This document shows, in pieces, positions 18,304 to 29,233 of a stretch of DNA of 64,000 nt. A program made the translations under genes and the position numbers. Within the stretch, counting starts at the first letter, position 1. Every line of letters begins with the position of its first letter. The DNA comes from Alphaproteobacteria bacterium (lineage in GTDB: Bacteria > Pseudomonadota > Alphaproteobacteria > GCA-2731375), in NCBI GenBank assembly GCA_965232515.1, contig CBDDPY010000002.1, positions 4,480,001-4,544,000 on the forward strand. Reading direction: 5' to 3'. The notes below the pieces were generated by a model that saw only the letters and a program-made list of their open reading frames with translations, did not search any database and was not told where the DNA came from.

Positions 18304-19362
18304 TCAAATGGCGTCCGCGATGGCCTTGCCCAATTCGGCTGTCGTCGCCTGGCCGCCGAGATCGGGCGTGCGGACCGCTGCTTCGGCCAGGACGGTCTCA
18401 ATTGCAGCGACGATGGCTTGCGCCGCATCCGTATGCCCCAGATGCTCCAGCATCATGGCGCCGGTCCAGATCTGTGCGATCGGATTGGCCACGCCCTTGC
18501 CCGCGATGTCGGGCGCCGAGCCGTGCACCGGCTCGAACATCGAGGGATAGTCGCCCTCGGGATTGATATTGGCGGCCGGCGCCAGGCCCATGCCGCCGAC
18601 CACGGCGGCGCCGAGATCCGACAGGATGTCGCCGAACAGGTTGCTGCCGACCACGACGTCGAACCAGTCGGGGTGCTGCACGAAATGCGCCGACAGGATG
18701 TCGATATGGAACTGGTCGACCGTTACGTCGGCATAGTCCGGCGACAGCGCGGCGACCCGCTCGTCCCAATAGGGCATGGTGTGGATGATGCCGTTCGATT
18801 TGGTTGCGGACGTGAGATGTTTGGCGGGGCGCTTCTGCGCCAGATCGAACGCGTAGCGCAGGATGCGGTCGACGCCATGCCGGCTGAATACCGATTCCTG
18901 CACCACCATTTCCTGCGGCGTGCCGGCATAGATCCGGCCGCCCATCTCGGAATATTCGCCCTCGTTGTTTTCGCGCACGATCAGGAAGTCGATGTCGCCG
19001 GCCTTGCGGTCTGCCAGCGGCGTCTGCACGCCGTCGAACAGCTTGATCGGCCGCAGATTGGCGTACTGCTGAAACGCGCGACGGATCGGGATCAGCAGTC
19101 CCCATAGTGAGATATGGTCGGGCACGCCCGGGTAGCCGACGGCGCCGAGGAAGATCGCATCGAACCGACCGAGTTGCTCGATACCGTCTGCCGGCATCAT
19201 CTCGCCGGACTGTAGATAGGTTTCGCAACTCCACGGAAACTCGGTCCATTCATAGCTGAGGCCGAACTTGCCGCCGACTTTCTCCAGCACCGTGACCGCC
19301 TCCGGCACGACTTCTTTGCCGATGCCGTCCCCGGCGATGACGGCGATCTTGTGATGCGTCAT
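18304..19362 (-). CDS. Tartrate/D-malate dehydrogenase (decarboxylating)
   Basis: GDGIGKEV, VPDHISLWGLL, RENNEGEYS, SNLFGDILSD, FEPVHGSAPDI. Confidence 0.9.
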   Translation of the reverse strand: MTHHKIAVIAGDGIGKEVVPEAVTVLEKVGGKFGLSYEWTEFPWSCETYLQSGEMMPADGIEQLGRFDAIFLGAVGYPGVPDHISLWGLLIPIRRAFQQYANLRPIKLFDGVQTPLADRKAGDIDFLIVRENNEGEYSEMGGRIYAGTPQEMVVQESVFSRHGVDRILRYAFDLAQKRPAKHLTSATKSNGIIHTMPYWDERVAALSPDYADVTVDQFHIDILSAHFVQHPDWFDVVVGSNLFGDILSDLGAAVVGGMGLAPAANINPEGDYPSMFEPVHGSAPDIAGKGVANPIAQIWTGAMMLEHLGHTDAAQAIVAAIETVLAEAAVRTPDLGGQATTAELGKAIADAI

Positions 19363-19774
19363 GTGTTCCTTCCCCGACCGCCGCGGCGGCATGTCAAACG
19401 ATTGACGAACGGTAGCATATCGCGCCCATCCGCTTATGCGCCTGCCGCATGGCGGCATGCGGAACCGCTGGTTGACGGCGGTGAGTTATCGCTTAGCTTT
19501 TGTACGTCACCTGTCAGCCTGCGCGCGTCGTCCTGTCGTCGCGTCCCTTCAGCGAAAATTGGATAGGCATGTTCAGAGTGGGATTGAGCCTCGCGGGCGC
19601 GGGGCTGATTTTCTATCTTTTCGCGTTTCAGTTCAGCAACATGTTTGCCTGACGCGCGTCAGCGGACTGCTTCGTATCCTCACGCCGCAAATTGTTGCCG
19701 TTCTTTAACTTTCGTTAACTCTGTCGGCGCAGGATGGATGTCAGTTGACGATATCCAAGACGAATCGGCGCGCC

Positions 19775-20038
19775 ATGACGCATTTCCTCGTCACCGACGA
19801 CAATCCAAACGGCCACCGGCTGGAAGACATCTTGTTGTTGCTGCGCAAGGATATCGTTCTGCGCGCCACCAAGCTGGTCGACGATCAGCGGCCCGAGGCG
19901 CGGCACGTGCTCGAGAACAACATTCGCATCCTCGGTTTGCTCTCGGAATGCGTCAATCTGGCCGAGGACAGCACCAAGCTGCTCGACAAGAGCTTCGGGC
20001 CAAGCGTGCCCGGAAAACACCGCGTCGGCGCGCCTTGA
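19775..20038 (+). CDS. Hypothetical protein
   Basis: Clean ORF MTHFLVTDDNPNGHRLEDIL..., helical, host-like codon usage. Confidence 0.65.
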   Translation: MTHFLVTDDNPNGHRLEDILLLLRKDIVLRATKLVDDQRPEARHVLENNIRILGLLSECVNLAEDSTKLLDKSFGPSVPGKHRVGAP

Positions 20039-20315
20039 GCGAACGTGACTCCCGCCGGCGGCGTTTCGCCGCGTTTATCGGCGCCAACCTTGAAGTTGCC
20101 GCCGCACGCCATGGGCTTTCGCGGGTCGTCATCGAAAAACAGCACGGTGAATCAAATTGTTATCAAACTGGTTGAAACAGTTGTGAAGTGTGACCTTGGT
20201 CACCCGACAATTGGTTAACGCGTCCCATATGTAACTCCAGACGGCTGGAATGGATCAATTCGCGTTCAAAGCCGTTGTCACAGTTATTCAGTCCAATCGA
20301 GGAAAGGAGAAAGCG

Positions 20316-20663
20316 ATGACGAAGAAGGCAAACGGGAACGTCGGCCTGGTCGCGCGTCTGTCCGCCTCGGTCGGCTTCGTGGCTGCGCTGCTCGTTGGTG
20401 GTGCGATTGCCACCGCGGATCCGGCTGCGGCACAAACCATCTGCGGCGAACGCGCCGATTTTCTAAGCCAGTTGCAGAAGCGTCACGGTGAGACGCCGAG
20501 CTCCATCGGCTTGTCGAGCTCGGGCCAGGTTCTCGAAGTGCTGACCTCGAAGGAAGGCACCTGGACGATCCTGATGACCAGTCCGCAGGGTAAGACCTGC
20601 CTGGTCGCGGCCGGCGAGGCCTGGGAGAACCTGCCGAAGGTCGCGCTGGGGCCGGCTGCATAA
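20316..20663 (+). CDS. Secreted hypothetical protein with two Cys
   Basis: AAGGAG RBS, signal peptide, CGER...GTWTIL.T.P.G.TCLVAAGE.W. Confidence 0.75.
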   Translation: MTKKANGNVGLVARLSASVGFVAALLVGGAIATADPAAAQTICGERADFLSQLQKRHGETPSSIGLSSSGQVLEVLTSKEGTWTILMTSPQGKTCLVAAGEAWENLPKVALGPAA

Positions 20664-20710
20664 GGCAAACACCAACGTTCCCGCCGAACGATACGGCGGG
20701 GTCGCATCGG

Positions 20711-20740
20711 ACGGCGGCTTTCCATGGAAGCCGCCGTTTC
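20711..20740 (+). terminator. Probable intrinsic terminator
   Basis: ACGGCGGCTT-N7-AAGCCGCCGT then TTC. Confidence 0.55.
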
Positions 20741-20791
20741 GATTCGCGCCGGACGGTGTCCGTACTTCCTATTCATGGGCATGCCGCTTAA

Positions 20792-21250
20792 GTGAGACGC
20801 ATGCGGCTCTGCCTTTTCACTCTGCTTGTCGGTCTCGGGTTGGCGCCGGCCATGCCCTCAGCCGCCGACATCGCCGGATACGCGATTGTTCAGGACGATG
20901 CGACCCTGAAGCTGCGTCATCATCGCATTCGGCTGGCCGGGATCTATCTGCCGCCCACGGGCCGCGATTGCCGCACCAACGTGCGGCCGGCGCGGTGCGC
21001 GTCGCGGGCTGCGCTGGCGCTCGAGTTCAAGGCGCGGGGCCGGATCGTTTGCGAAGGCGAAACACGCAATGCGGACGGCACGGTCACGGCGACCTGCCGG
21101 ACACGCGAGGTCGATCTCTCGGCCTATCTGATTGAGATGGGCTGGGCCGTGGCGCTGCCGGATGCGCCGTTCGAATACAAGACCCTGGAACGGATCGCGC
21201 GCGACCGCGGGCTCGGCGTCTGGGGCTTTCAGGTCGATACGGTCCGCTAG
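20792..21250 (+). CDS. Secreted thermonuclease (SNase)-like protein
   Basis: Signal peptide, DDATL....RIRLAGI, LIEMGWAVA, E.IAR.RGLGVWG. Confidence 0.75.
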   Translation: MRRMRLCLFTLLVGLGLAPAMPSAADIAGYAIVQDDATLKLRHHRIRLAGIYLPPTGRDCRTNVRPARCASRAALALEFKARGRIVCEGETRNADGTVTATCRTREVDLSAYLIEMGWAVALPDAPFEYKTLERIARDRGLGVWGFQVDTVR

Positions 21251-21270
21251 CCGGACCGTCAGGCGGCGCG

Positions 21271-21537
21271 CTAGTTCCGGCGGCCGAATCGGCGCAGGCA
21301 ATCGTCGTATTCGTCGCGCGCCGCGCTGCTGAGATCGACGCCGAGCGAGCCCACGAACTCACCGTCCAACGGATCGTCGATGGTCGGCCGCAGGCGCGCC
21401 GCGTCGCGCGCCGCCAGCTCGTAGCAATAGTCCCGGGCGTGCACGCGGGCGCTTTCTTCGTCGCTGATCAAGCCGCAACCGGCCAACGCCAGTATGACGA
21501 CGGGCGGTGCAAAGATGTGAACGCGAAACCGGCGCAT
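21271..21537 (-). CDS. Putative small lipoprotein
   Basis: Lipobox LAGC after a hydrophobic stretch. Confidence 0.55.
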   Translation of the reverse strand: MRRFRVHIFAPPVVILALAGCGLISDEESARVHARDYCYELAARDAARLRPTIDDPLDGEFVGSLGVDLSSAARDEYDDCLRRFGRRN

Positions 21538-21761
21538 ATCCTGATCGCTTCGATGTCCAAGCAAGTGTGACGACGTGATTTGCCAGGCTCGTTTCCGCCC
21601 GGCCATTGGCAAGGCATGTGTACGCTCGCCATTGGCATGTCAAGCCGCACGCAAAACGGTCACGCACCATAACACAGCGCCCGGCGGAGGTTGCTATGAT
21701 TGCCGGACCGATCATCGGATTGTGACCTTTTTGAGTGAGGCTTGCGGGCAAGGGAGGCGTG

Positions 21762-23297
21762 ATGAACCAGGCAGGCGTATTGGCCAACACGGCGCGGACG
21801 TTCGGCGACCGGCCGGCGGTGGCGGTCGGCCAGGAGGTACGGCTGAGCTATGGCGAGCTGGCGTCGCGGGCGGCCCGATTGGCCGGCGCACTGACCGGCC
21901 GCTTCGGCCTGAAGCCGGGCGAGCGCGTCGCCATCGCGATGAAGAACTGCGCGGAATATTTCGAAGTCTGGTACGGCATCTGGTGGGCCGGCCTGTGCGC
22001 CGTGCCGATCAACGCCAAGCTGCACCAGCGCGAGTTCGCCTACATCATCGAAAATTCCGGTGCGCGGCTCTGTTTCGCGACGCCGGATCTGGCCGGAATG
22101 ATCGCCGAGTTGCAGGGCGAGATCGAGACGCTGGACGCCGTCGTCAGCACCGATACGCCGGACTATGCCGCCTGCTTTGCCGGCCACGCGGCGTCGATCG
22201 CCATTGGCGCGCCCGATCATCTGGCCTGGCTGTTCTATACCTCAGGTACGACGGGGCGGCCCAAGGGCGCCATGCTGACCAACCGGAATCTGCTGGCGAA
22301 CGTGATGAACTATTTCGCCGACGTCGACACCATCACGCCGGCCGACTGCATGATCCACTGCGCGCCGTTGAGCCATGGCTCGGGCTGCTATGCGCTGCCG
22401 CACGTGGCCAAGGCCGCCTGCAACGTGGTGCCGGAAAGCGGCGGCTACAATCCGGCCGAGACGCTCGAGCTGATTGCGGCTTGGCCGTACTGCAGCTTCT
22501 TCTTCGCGCCGACCATGGTGACCCGCCTGGTCGGCGCGAACGCCTCGGGAAAGGCGGATACGTCGAACCTGAAGGCCATCATCTATGGCGGCGGGCCGAT
22601 GTATGTGGAGGATGTCTTGAAGGCCCTCGACGTCTTCGGGCCCAAGCTGGTGCAGATCTACGGCCAGGGCGAGGCGCCCATGACCATCACCGGCCTGTCG
22701 AAGGCGATGCATGCGGATACCGGGCATCCGCGCTATCTCGACCGTCTCGGTTCGACCGGTATCGCCCGCACCGACGTCCAGGTCCGCGTCGTCGATGCCG
22801 AGGATCGTGAGCTGCCGCCCGGCGAGATGGGTGAGGTGGTCTGTCGTGGCGACGTGGTCATGGCCGGCTACTGGAGCAATCCGCAGGCCACGGCCGACGC
22901 CCTGCGCGGCGGTTGGCTGCATACCGGCGATGTCGGCGTGTTCGATGCGGACGGCTTCCTGACGCTGAAAGACCGTTCGAAGGACATGATCATTTCCGGC
23001 GGCACCAATATCTATCCGCGCGAGATCGAGGAAGTGTTGCTGCGCCATGCCGGCGTGCTGGAGTGCTCTGTAGTTGGCCGACCGCATGCCGACTGGGGCG
23101 AGGAGGTCGTCGCTTTCGTCGTCGCCCGCGACGGGGTCGAGCTGGCGACCGACGAACTCGACCGGTTGTGTCTCGACAATATCGCCCGCTTCAAGCGGCC
23201 AAAGGACTATCGTCTCGTCGACGCCCTGCCGAAGAACAATTACGGCAAGGTGCTGAAGACCGAGCTGCGTGAGTGGCTGGAGAACAAATCGGGCTAG
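21762..23297 (+). CDS. Acyl-CoA synthetase (AMP-binding)
   Basis: YTSGTTGRPKG, YGQGE, GWLHTGD, DRSKDMIISGG.NIYP.EIE. Confidence 0.92.
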   Translation: MNQAGVLANTARTFGDRPAVAVGQEVRLSYGELASRAARLAGALTGRFGLKPGERVAIAMKNCAEYFEVWYGIWWAGLCAVPINAKLHQREFAYIIENSGARLCFATPDLAGMIAELQGEIETLDAVVSTDTPDYAACFAGHAASIAIGAPDHLAWLFYTSGTTGRPKGAMLTNRNLLANVMNYFADVDTITPADCMIHCAPLSHGSGCYALPHVAKAACNVVPESGGYNPAETLELIAAWPYCSFFFAPTMVTRLVGANASGKADTSNLKAIIYGGGPMYVEDVLKALDVFGPKLVQIYGQGEAPMTITGLSKAMHADTGHPRYLDRLGSTGIARTDVQVRVVDAEDRELPPGEMGEVVCRGDVVMAGYWSNPQATADALRGGWLHTGDVGVFDADGFLTLKDRSKDMIISGGTNIYPREIEEVLLRHAGVLECSVVGRPHADWGEEVVAFVVARDGVELATDELDRLCLDNIARFKRPKDYRLVDALPKNNYGKVLKTELREWLENKSG

Positions 23298-23329
23298 GGT
23301 CCGCGGGAAGCGCCATCAGGGAGGCAGGC

Positions 23330-24124
23330 ATGGCCGGACGCATGCAGGACAAGGTGGTCATCGTGACCGGGGCCGGTTCCGTGGGGCCGGGCTGGGGCAA
23401 CGGCAAGGCGTCGGCCGTGACGTACGCCCGCGAAGGCGCGAAGGTGTTTTGTGTCGACCGCAACGAAGATGCCGCCGACGAGACCCGAAGCATTATCGAG
23501 AACGAGGGATTTGCGGCCGTCGCGCATGCCTGCGATGTCGCCGACGAGGCGCAGGTCGAGACCATGGTGTCGGCGTGCCGCGGGGCTTACCGCAGGGTCG
23601 ACGTGCTGCACAACAATGTCGGCATCGCCGGCCTGGGCGGGCCGGTCGAGACCTCGCTCGCCGATTGGCGTCGGGTGATGGACGTGAACGTCACTTCCAT
23701 GTTCCTGACCTGCAAGCGCGTGATCCCGCTGTTCCTGGCGCAGGGCGGGGGCGCCATCGTCAACATCTCCTCACTGTCGGCGGTGAAGGCGGCACGGCCC
23801 GAACTGGCCTATGCCGCCTCGAAAGGCGCGGTGAACAGCCTGACCATCAACATCGCCATGGAGTATGCCAACCGCAACATCCGCTGCAACGCGATCCTGC
23901 CGGGCTTGATGGAAACGCCGATGGTGAAAGCGTTCCAGGGCGGCGGCGCGCCGGATGAGCTCGAGGCCGTCATGGCGAAACGGCATGCCTTGTCGCCGAC
24001 CGGCCGCATGGGCGAAGGCTGGGATGTGGCGCATGCTGCCGTCTATCTGGCGTCCGACGAAGCGCGCTATGTCAATGGCGTGCTGTTCTACGTGGATGCA
24101 GGCCTGCAATACCGGGTCGGCTGA
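23330..24124 (+). CDS. Short-chain dehydrogenase/reductase
   Basis: TGAGSVGPGWGNG, NNVG, YAASK. Confidence 0.92.
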   Translation: MAGRMQDKVVIVTGAGSVGPGWGNGKASAVTYAREGAKVFCVDRNEDAADETRSIIENEGFAAVAHACDVADEAQVETMVSACRGAYRRVDVLHNNVGIAGLGGPVETSLADWRRVMDVNVTSMFLTCKRVIPLFLAQGGGAIVNISSLSAVKAARPELAYAASKGAVNSLTINIAMEYANRNIRCNAILPGLMETPMVKAFQGGGAPDELEAVMAKRHALSPTGRMGEGWDVAHAAVYLASDEARYVNGVLFYVDAGLQYRVG

Positions 24125-24132
24125 CGGCGCGC

Positions 24133-24855
24133 TTACTCCGTCGCCATCTGACCCGAGGGCCGGTCGAGCGCGTAGCCGGCGGCGCGCACGGTGCGGATCA
24201 GATCGGCGCCGCCGCTGTCGTTCAAGGCCTTGCGCAGGCGGCGGATATGCACATCAACGGTACGCGGCTCGACATAGGCGTCCTCGCCCCAGACCGCGTC
24301 CAGAATGCGCTCGCGGCTGAACACGCGGCCAGGATTCTCCAGGAAGTGACGCAGCAATCGGAACTCGGTCGGACCCAGATGCACCTCCCGGCCGTTCCGG
24401 GTCACCCGGTGGGCGGCCAGATCGAGCCGGACATCGGCGAAGCTGAGCTCGTCGGCCGAGGTCGCCGGGCGGCTGCGGCGCAGCACCGCGCGGATCCGGG
24501 CGATCAGCTCCTTCGGCGAAAACGGCTTGGTGATGTAGTCGTCGGCGCCGGTCTCGAGTCCGCGCAGCCGGTCGGCCTCCTCGCCGCGGGCGGTCAGCAT
24601 GATCACCGGTAGGCGCGCCGTCACCTTGTTGCGCCGGATCTGGCGGCAGATCTCGATGCCCGAGACCTCGGGCAACATCCAGTCCAGCACCACAAGGTCG
24701 GGCAAACGCTCGGCGATCATGGTCAAGCCTTCGTCGCCGTCCATGGCGGCGCGCACGTCGAAGCCGGCCTTCTCCAGGTTATACGTCAGCAACGTCACCA
24801 GCGCTGCTTCGTCTTCCACAAGCAGGATCGAGGGTTTCATGGTGCCGTTGATCAT
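24133..24855 (-). CDS. phoB: Phosphate regulon response regulator
   Basis: REC plus OmpR wHTH (LDWMLP, LGPTEFRLL, RTVDVHIRRLRK); follows phoU. Confidence 0.95.
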   Translation of the reverse strand: MINGTMKPSILLVEDEAALVTLLTYNLEKAGFDVRAAMDGDEGLTMIAERLPDLVVLDWMLPEVSGIEICRQIRRNKVTARLPVIMLTARGEEADRLRGLETGADDYITKPFSPKELIARIRAVLRRSRPATSADELSFADVRLDLAAHRVTRNGREVHLGPTEFRLLRHFLENPGRVFSRERILDAVWGEDAYVEPRTVDVHIRRLRKALNDSGGADLIRTVRAAGYALDRPSGQMATE

Positions 24856-25598
24856 GTCTCTAGCTTACGTACCTTTTCTGAGGGGCCGGCGAACGTGGAC
24901 GTGTCATCGCTCTTGGGCCTGGTGTCGTGCAGGCGCTTGCCTTCGATCACGTAGTGAATGTTCTCGGCCATGTTGGTGGTGTGATCGCCCATCCGCTCGA
25001 TGTTTTTGGCGATGAACAGCAAGTGCGTGCACGAGGTGATGTTGCGCGGGTCTTCCATCATGTAGGTGAGAAGCTCGCGGAACAGGCTGTTGTAGAGCTC
25101 GTCCACTTCCTCGTCGCGGTTCCAGACGTCGATCGCCCGGGCGATGTCGCGTTCGGCATAGGCGTCGAGCACGTCCTTGATCATGCGCTGAACCAGGCTG
25201 CCGATACGCGGCACATTGTGGACCGGCGCCACCATGGGCGCCTGGTTCAGGGCGATCGCCCGCTTGGCCACGTTCTTGGCGTAATCGCCAACACGCTCGA
25301 TATCGCCGGAGAGCTTCAGCGCGGCGACGATGTTACGCAGGTCGACCGCCATGGGTTGGCGGAGCGCCAGCAGCCGGGTGCAGAACTCGTTGACCTCATC
25401 GTCGAGGTCATCGATCTGTTGATCCGTGTCGATGACCTTCTGCGCCAGCTCGCTGTCGCGTCGGATCACGGCCTGAATGGCGGCCGCGAGCTGGCTTTCG
25501 GCCAGACCGCCCATGCGCAGCAGCATGGACGACAACTGCTTCAGATCATCGTCGTAGGAACTGACGATGTGTTCGGTGCTTTCGCCGGAATTCTCCAT
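24852..25598 (-). CDS. phoU: Phosphate signalling protein PhoU
   Basis: LALRQPMAVDLR, ERVGDYAKN, ERMGDH.TN. Confidence 0.95.
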   Translation of the reverse strand: MENSGESTEHIVSSYDDDLKQLSSMLLRMGGLAESQLAAAIQAVIRRDSELAQKVIDTDQQIDDLDDEVNEFCTRLLALRQPMAVDLRNIVAALKLSGDIERVGDYAKNVAKRAIALNQAPMVAPVHNVPRIGSLVQRMIKDVLDAYAERDIARAIDVWNRDEEVDELYNSLFRELLTYMMEDPRNITSCTHLLFIAKNIERMGDHTTNMAENIHYVIEGKRLHDTRPKSDDTSTFAGPSEKVRKLET

Positions 25599-25636
25599 CA
25601 CGACGCTCCTTGAGGCATGTGTGTCCGTGCGTCCGT

Positions 25637-26437
25637 CTAGCCGAACCTGCCGGTAATATAGTCCTGAGTCCGCGAATCATGCGGGCTCGTGAAGATGGTT
25701 TCCGTGGCGCCGTACTCGACCACGTAGCCGAGGTGGAAAAAGGCCGTGAATTGCGAAACACGGGCGGCCTGCTGCATTGAGTGGGTGACGATCACGATGG
25801 TGTAGTTCTCGCGCAGCTCGTCGATCAATTCCTCGATCCTGGCCGTCGCGATCGGATCCAACGCCGAGCACGGCTCGTCCATCAGCACCACCTCCGGATT
25901 AACCGCGATCGCCCGGGCGATGCACAGACGTTGCTGCTGACCGCCCGAAAGGCCGGTGCCGGGCTGCTCGAGCCGGTCCTTCACTTCGTTCCACAGGCCG
26001 GCTTTTTCCAGACTGTTCTGCACCACGCCGTCCAGTTCGTCGCGGCCTTCGGTCAGGCCATGAATGCGCGGTCCGTAGGCCACGTTGTCGTAGATCGATT
26101 TCGGGAACGGGTTCGGCTTCTGGAACACCATGCCGACCCGGGCCCGCAACTGCACCGGATCGAGCGTCCGGTCATAGACGTCGGCGCCGTCGAGATGGAT
26201 GGCGCCTTCGACCCGGCAGCCGTCGACGACGTCGTTCATCCGGTTGAGGCAGCGCAGGAACGTGCTCTTGCCACAACCCGACGGGCCGATCAGCGAGGTC
26301 ACCTTTTGCTGCGCGATGTCGAGGTCGACGTCGAACAGGGCCTGTTTGTCGCCGTAGAAGACATTGACTTTCCGGGCCATGATCTTCGGCGATACGTTGG
26401 ATGACACCTCGGTATTGGCTTGTTCGGCGACGACCAT
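25637..26437 (-). CDS. pstB: Phosphate ABC transporter ATPase
   Basis: [34 protein letters not shown]. Confidence 0.97.
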   Translation of the reverse strand: MVVAEQANTEVSSNVSPKIMARKVNVFYGDKQALFDVDLDIAQQKVTSLIGPSGCGKSTFLRCLNRMNDVVDGCRVEGAIHLDGADVYDRTLDPVQLRARVGMVFQKPNPFPKSIYDNVAYGPRIHGLTEGRDELDGVVQNSLEKAGLWNEVKDRLEQPGTGLSGGQQQRLCIARAIAVNPEVVLMDEPCSALDPIATARIEELIDELRENYTIVIVTHSMQQAARVSQFTAFFHLGYVVEYGATETIFTSPHDSRTQDYITGRFG

Positions 26438-26450
26438 TGACTTGTTCCCC

Positions 26451-27755
26451 CTACCAGCGCCGTTCGAACTTCTTGCGCAAGAACACGGCGGCGAGATTCA
26501 TCAGCACCAGGAAGGCCAGCAGCACCACGATCGCCGCCGATGTGCGCTCGACGAAGGCGCGCTCCGGGCTATCGGCCCAAAGATAGATCTGCACCGGCAG
26601 CACCGTCGCGGCGTCCGTCACGCTGCCCGGAATATCGACGATGAAGGCGACCATGCCGATCATCAGCAGCGGCGCGGTTTCACCCAGCGCCTGGGCCATG
26701 CCGATGATCGTGCCGGTCAGAATGCCGGGCATGGCCAGCGGCAGGACGTGCTGGGTGACCACCTGCATGCGGCTCGCGCCCATGCCCAGCGCCGCCTCGC
26801 GGATCGACGGCGGCACCGCCTTCAGCGCCGCGCGCGACGCGATGATGATGGTCGGGAGCGTCATCAGGGCCAGCACCATGCCGCCGACCAGCGGCGCCGA
26901 GCGCGGCAGGCCGAAGAAGTTCAGGAATACGGCGAGGCCGAGCAGACCGAAGACGATCGACGGCACGGCGGCCAGGTTGTTGATGTTGACCTCGATCAGG
27001 TCGGTCCAGCGGTTCTTCGGCGCGAACTCTTCCAGGTAGATCGCGGTCATCACGCCGACCGGAAAGGCCAGCAGCAGCGTGACGAGCAGCGTGAAGAACG
27101 AGCCGACGGCGGCGCCCCAGATGCCGGCCAGCTCGGGCTCACGGCTGTCGCCGCTGGTGAAGAAGCGGGTATTGAACTGTCGTTCGATCAGGCCGCGCTC
27201 GACCAGGGTCTCGACCCAGGCGATCTGCTTGTCGTTGAGCCGTCGGCCGCTCTCCTCGGTTTCCTTCTTGATATAGCCCTTGATGAACATGTCGACATCG
27301 TCGGCCGCGGGCATCCAGAACTTGACGGTCTGTCCGACCAGGCTGGGGTCGTCCATGACGATCTGCTGCAACTCGAACCCGGCGCCCGAACTGATCAGGT
27401 CGTTGGCCGCCCGCCGGTCGCGCCGGCCGGAAATCTCCGGGAACTGACTACGCAGCGCCCGTTTGACCATGCCGCCATAATCGGCGCGGGCCAGCACGGC
27501 CGGATCGCCGGTGCCCTGCGGATCGAGCGTGGCGGCGTCGAGATCGACCTCGATCTGGATCATGGTCTGCAGAAACGCCGTATAGGCCTTGGATCCGATG
27601 CTGACGAACAGCGTCGCCAGGCAGAGCATGGCGAGCACGATGGCCACGATGCCGATTATCTGAAACCGCCGCTCCGCGGCATAGCGCGCGCGCAGGCGTT
27701 TTTCCATCCGGTCCTCGAACGCGCCGGCCGGCGGTTTGGTGGCCAGATCAGTCAT
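26451..27755 (-). CDS. pstA: Phosphate ABC permease
   Basis: [22 protein letters not shown]. Confidence 0.95.
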   Translation of the reverse strand: MTDLATKPPAGAFEDRMEKRLRARYAAERRFQIIGIVAIVLAMLCLATLFVSIGSKAYTAFLQTMIQIEVDLDAATLDPQGTGDPAVLARADYGGMVKRALRSQFPEISGRRDRRAANDLISSGAGFELQQIVMDDPSLVGQTVKFWMPAADDVDMFIKGYIKKETEESGRRLNDKQIAWVETLVERGLIERQFNTRFFTSGDSREPELAGIWGAAVGSFFTLLVTLLLAFPVGVMTAIYLEEFAPKNRWTDLIEVNINNLAAVPSIVFGLLGLAVFLNFFGLPRSAPLVGGMVLALMTLPTIIIASRAALKAVPPSIREAALGMGASRMQVVTQHVLPLAMPGILTGTIIGMAQALGETAPLLMIGMVAFIVDIPGSVTDAATVLPVQIYLWADSPERAFVERTSAAIVVLLAFLVLMNLAAVFLRKKFERRW

Positions 27756-29130
27756 ATTTTTCCCGATACTTTTTGACGATCTGCAGGGCGACCACGTTCA
27801 GCGCCAGCGTGACGATGAACAGCATCAGGCCCAGGGCGAAGGCCGCCAGCGTCTTCGGACTGTCGAATTCCTGGTCGCCGACCAGCAGGGTTACGATCTG
27901 CACGGTCACCGTGGTCACCGCCTGCAGCGGATTGACCGTCAGGTTCGCGGCCAGACCCGCGGCCATGACCACGATCATGGTCTCGCCGATGGCGCGGCTG
28001 GCGGCCAGCAGGACGCTGCCAACGATGCCGGGCAACGCCGCCGGCACGATGACCTGACGGATCGTCTCCGATTTCGTGGCGCCGAGCCCGAACGAGCCTT
28101 CGCGCAGCGATTGCGGCACTGCGGTGATGACGTCGTCGGAGAGCGACGACACGAACGGGATGATCATGATGCCCATGACCAGACCGGCGGCCAACGCGCT
28201 CTCGCTGGCGACGTCGAGACCCAGCACGGAGCCGGTATCCCGCAACACCGGGGCCACGGTCAGGGCGGCGAAGAAGCCATAAACCACGGTCGGGATGCCG
28301 GCCAGGATCTCGAGCATCGGCTTGACCACCGACCGCACGCGCTCCGGCGCGTATTCGGCCATGTAGATTGCCGACATCAAGCCGATCGGCACGGCGACCA
28401 GCATGGCGATAAAGCTGATCAGCAGGGTGCCGAGGAACAGCGGCACCGCGCCGAACGATCCGGACGAGCCGACCTGGTCGGCGCGTATCGCCGTCTGCGG
28501 GCTCCATTCCAGGCCGAACAGGAATTCGGTTATCGGGACGGCGTTGAAGAACCGCATCGCCTCGAACAACAGCGACAGGACAATGCCGGCTGTCGTGAAT
28601 ATGGCGATGGTCGAGCTGGCGATCAGGAAGACCATCAGCACGCGCTCCACCTCGTTGCGGGCGCGCAGCTCGGGCGCGATGTAACGCCGCCCGATGCTGA
28701 GGCCGCCGACCGCCAATGCCAGGACCACGACGGCCATGGCGGCAAATCCGATCGAGCGAAGATTGTTGTAGTGCTCCGCGGCGGCAAGCACCGTCGGATC
28801 CGGATCCGCGCGCACGACGTTGCCGGTCGCCAGATTGCGGATGTCGTTCAGCAGCAACGACAAGCGCTCCGGCGCCAGGTTCTGGCTCTCCGTCGGCAGG
28901 CCGGAAACCACCAGCGACGTGACGATGGTGGGCTCGAACGCCAACCAGGCCGCCATGACCAGAAATGCCGGCACGCCGCACCAGAGCGCGACGTAGAAGC
29001 CGTAATAGCCGGGCAGCGAATGCAGGTTCCGGGCATGGCCATGGCCGCTGGCAAGGGCCCGGACACGGCCCATGCGGAAACCGACGATGGTCAGCAGCAA
29101 TAAGACCGAGACGAGGATCGTGAGTTGCAT
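27748..29130 (-). CDS. pstC: Phosphate ABC permease
   Basis: LAGIPTVVYGFF, SRAIGETMIV. Confidence 0.95.
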   Translation of the reverse strand: MQLTILVSVLLLLTIVGFRMGRVRALASGHGHARNLHSLPGYYGFYVALWCGVPAFLVMAAWLAFEPTIVTSLVVSGLPTESQNLAPERLSLLLNDIRNLATGNVVRADPDPTVLAAAEHYNNLRSIGFAAMAVVVLALAVGGLSIGRRYIAPELRARNEVERVLMVFLIASSTIAIFTTAGIVLSLLFEAMRFFNAVPITEFLFGLEWSPQTAIRADQVGSSGSFGAVPLFLGTLLISFIAMLVAVPIGLMSAIYMAEYAPERVRSVVKPMLEILAGIPTVVYGFFAALTVAPVLRDTGSVLGLDVASESALAAGLVMGIMIIPFVSSLSDDVITAVPQSLREGSFGLGATKSETIRQVIVPAALPGIVGSVLLAASRAIGETMIVVMAAGLAANLTVNPLQAVTTVTVQIVTLLVGDQEFDSPKTLAAFALGLMLFIVTLALNVVALQIVKKYREKYD

Positions 29131-29194
29131 TGGCGGTGCTTATCGAGTCTTGGCTCGGTGGCTAGGGCGGTCACGATGCCCCGTCGAGAGGAAA

Positions 29195-29225
29195 TCCGGC
29201 GGCCGATCCGATGCCGGCCGCCGGA
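29195..29225. terminator. Stem-loop between pstS and pstC (attenuator or mRNA stabiliser)
   Basis: TCCGGCGGCCG-N9-CGGCCGCCGGA perfect 11-bp inverted repeat. Confidence 0.6.
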
Positions 29226-29233
29226 CGACCGAA

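Noticed and set aside
19704-19719. CtrA boxes here and at 49052-49066 and 56156-56173
   Set aside because: Spacing is 6 or 10 rather than 7, or one half-site is mismatched; not supportable.
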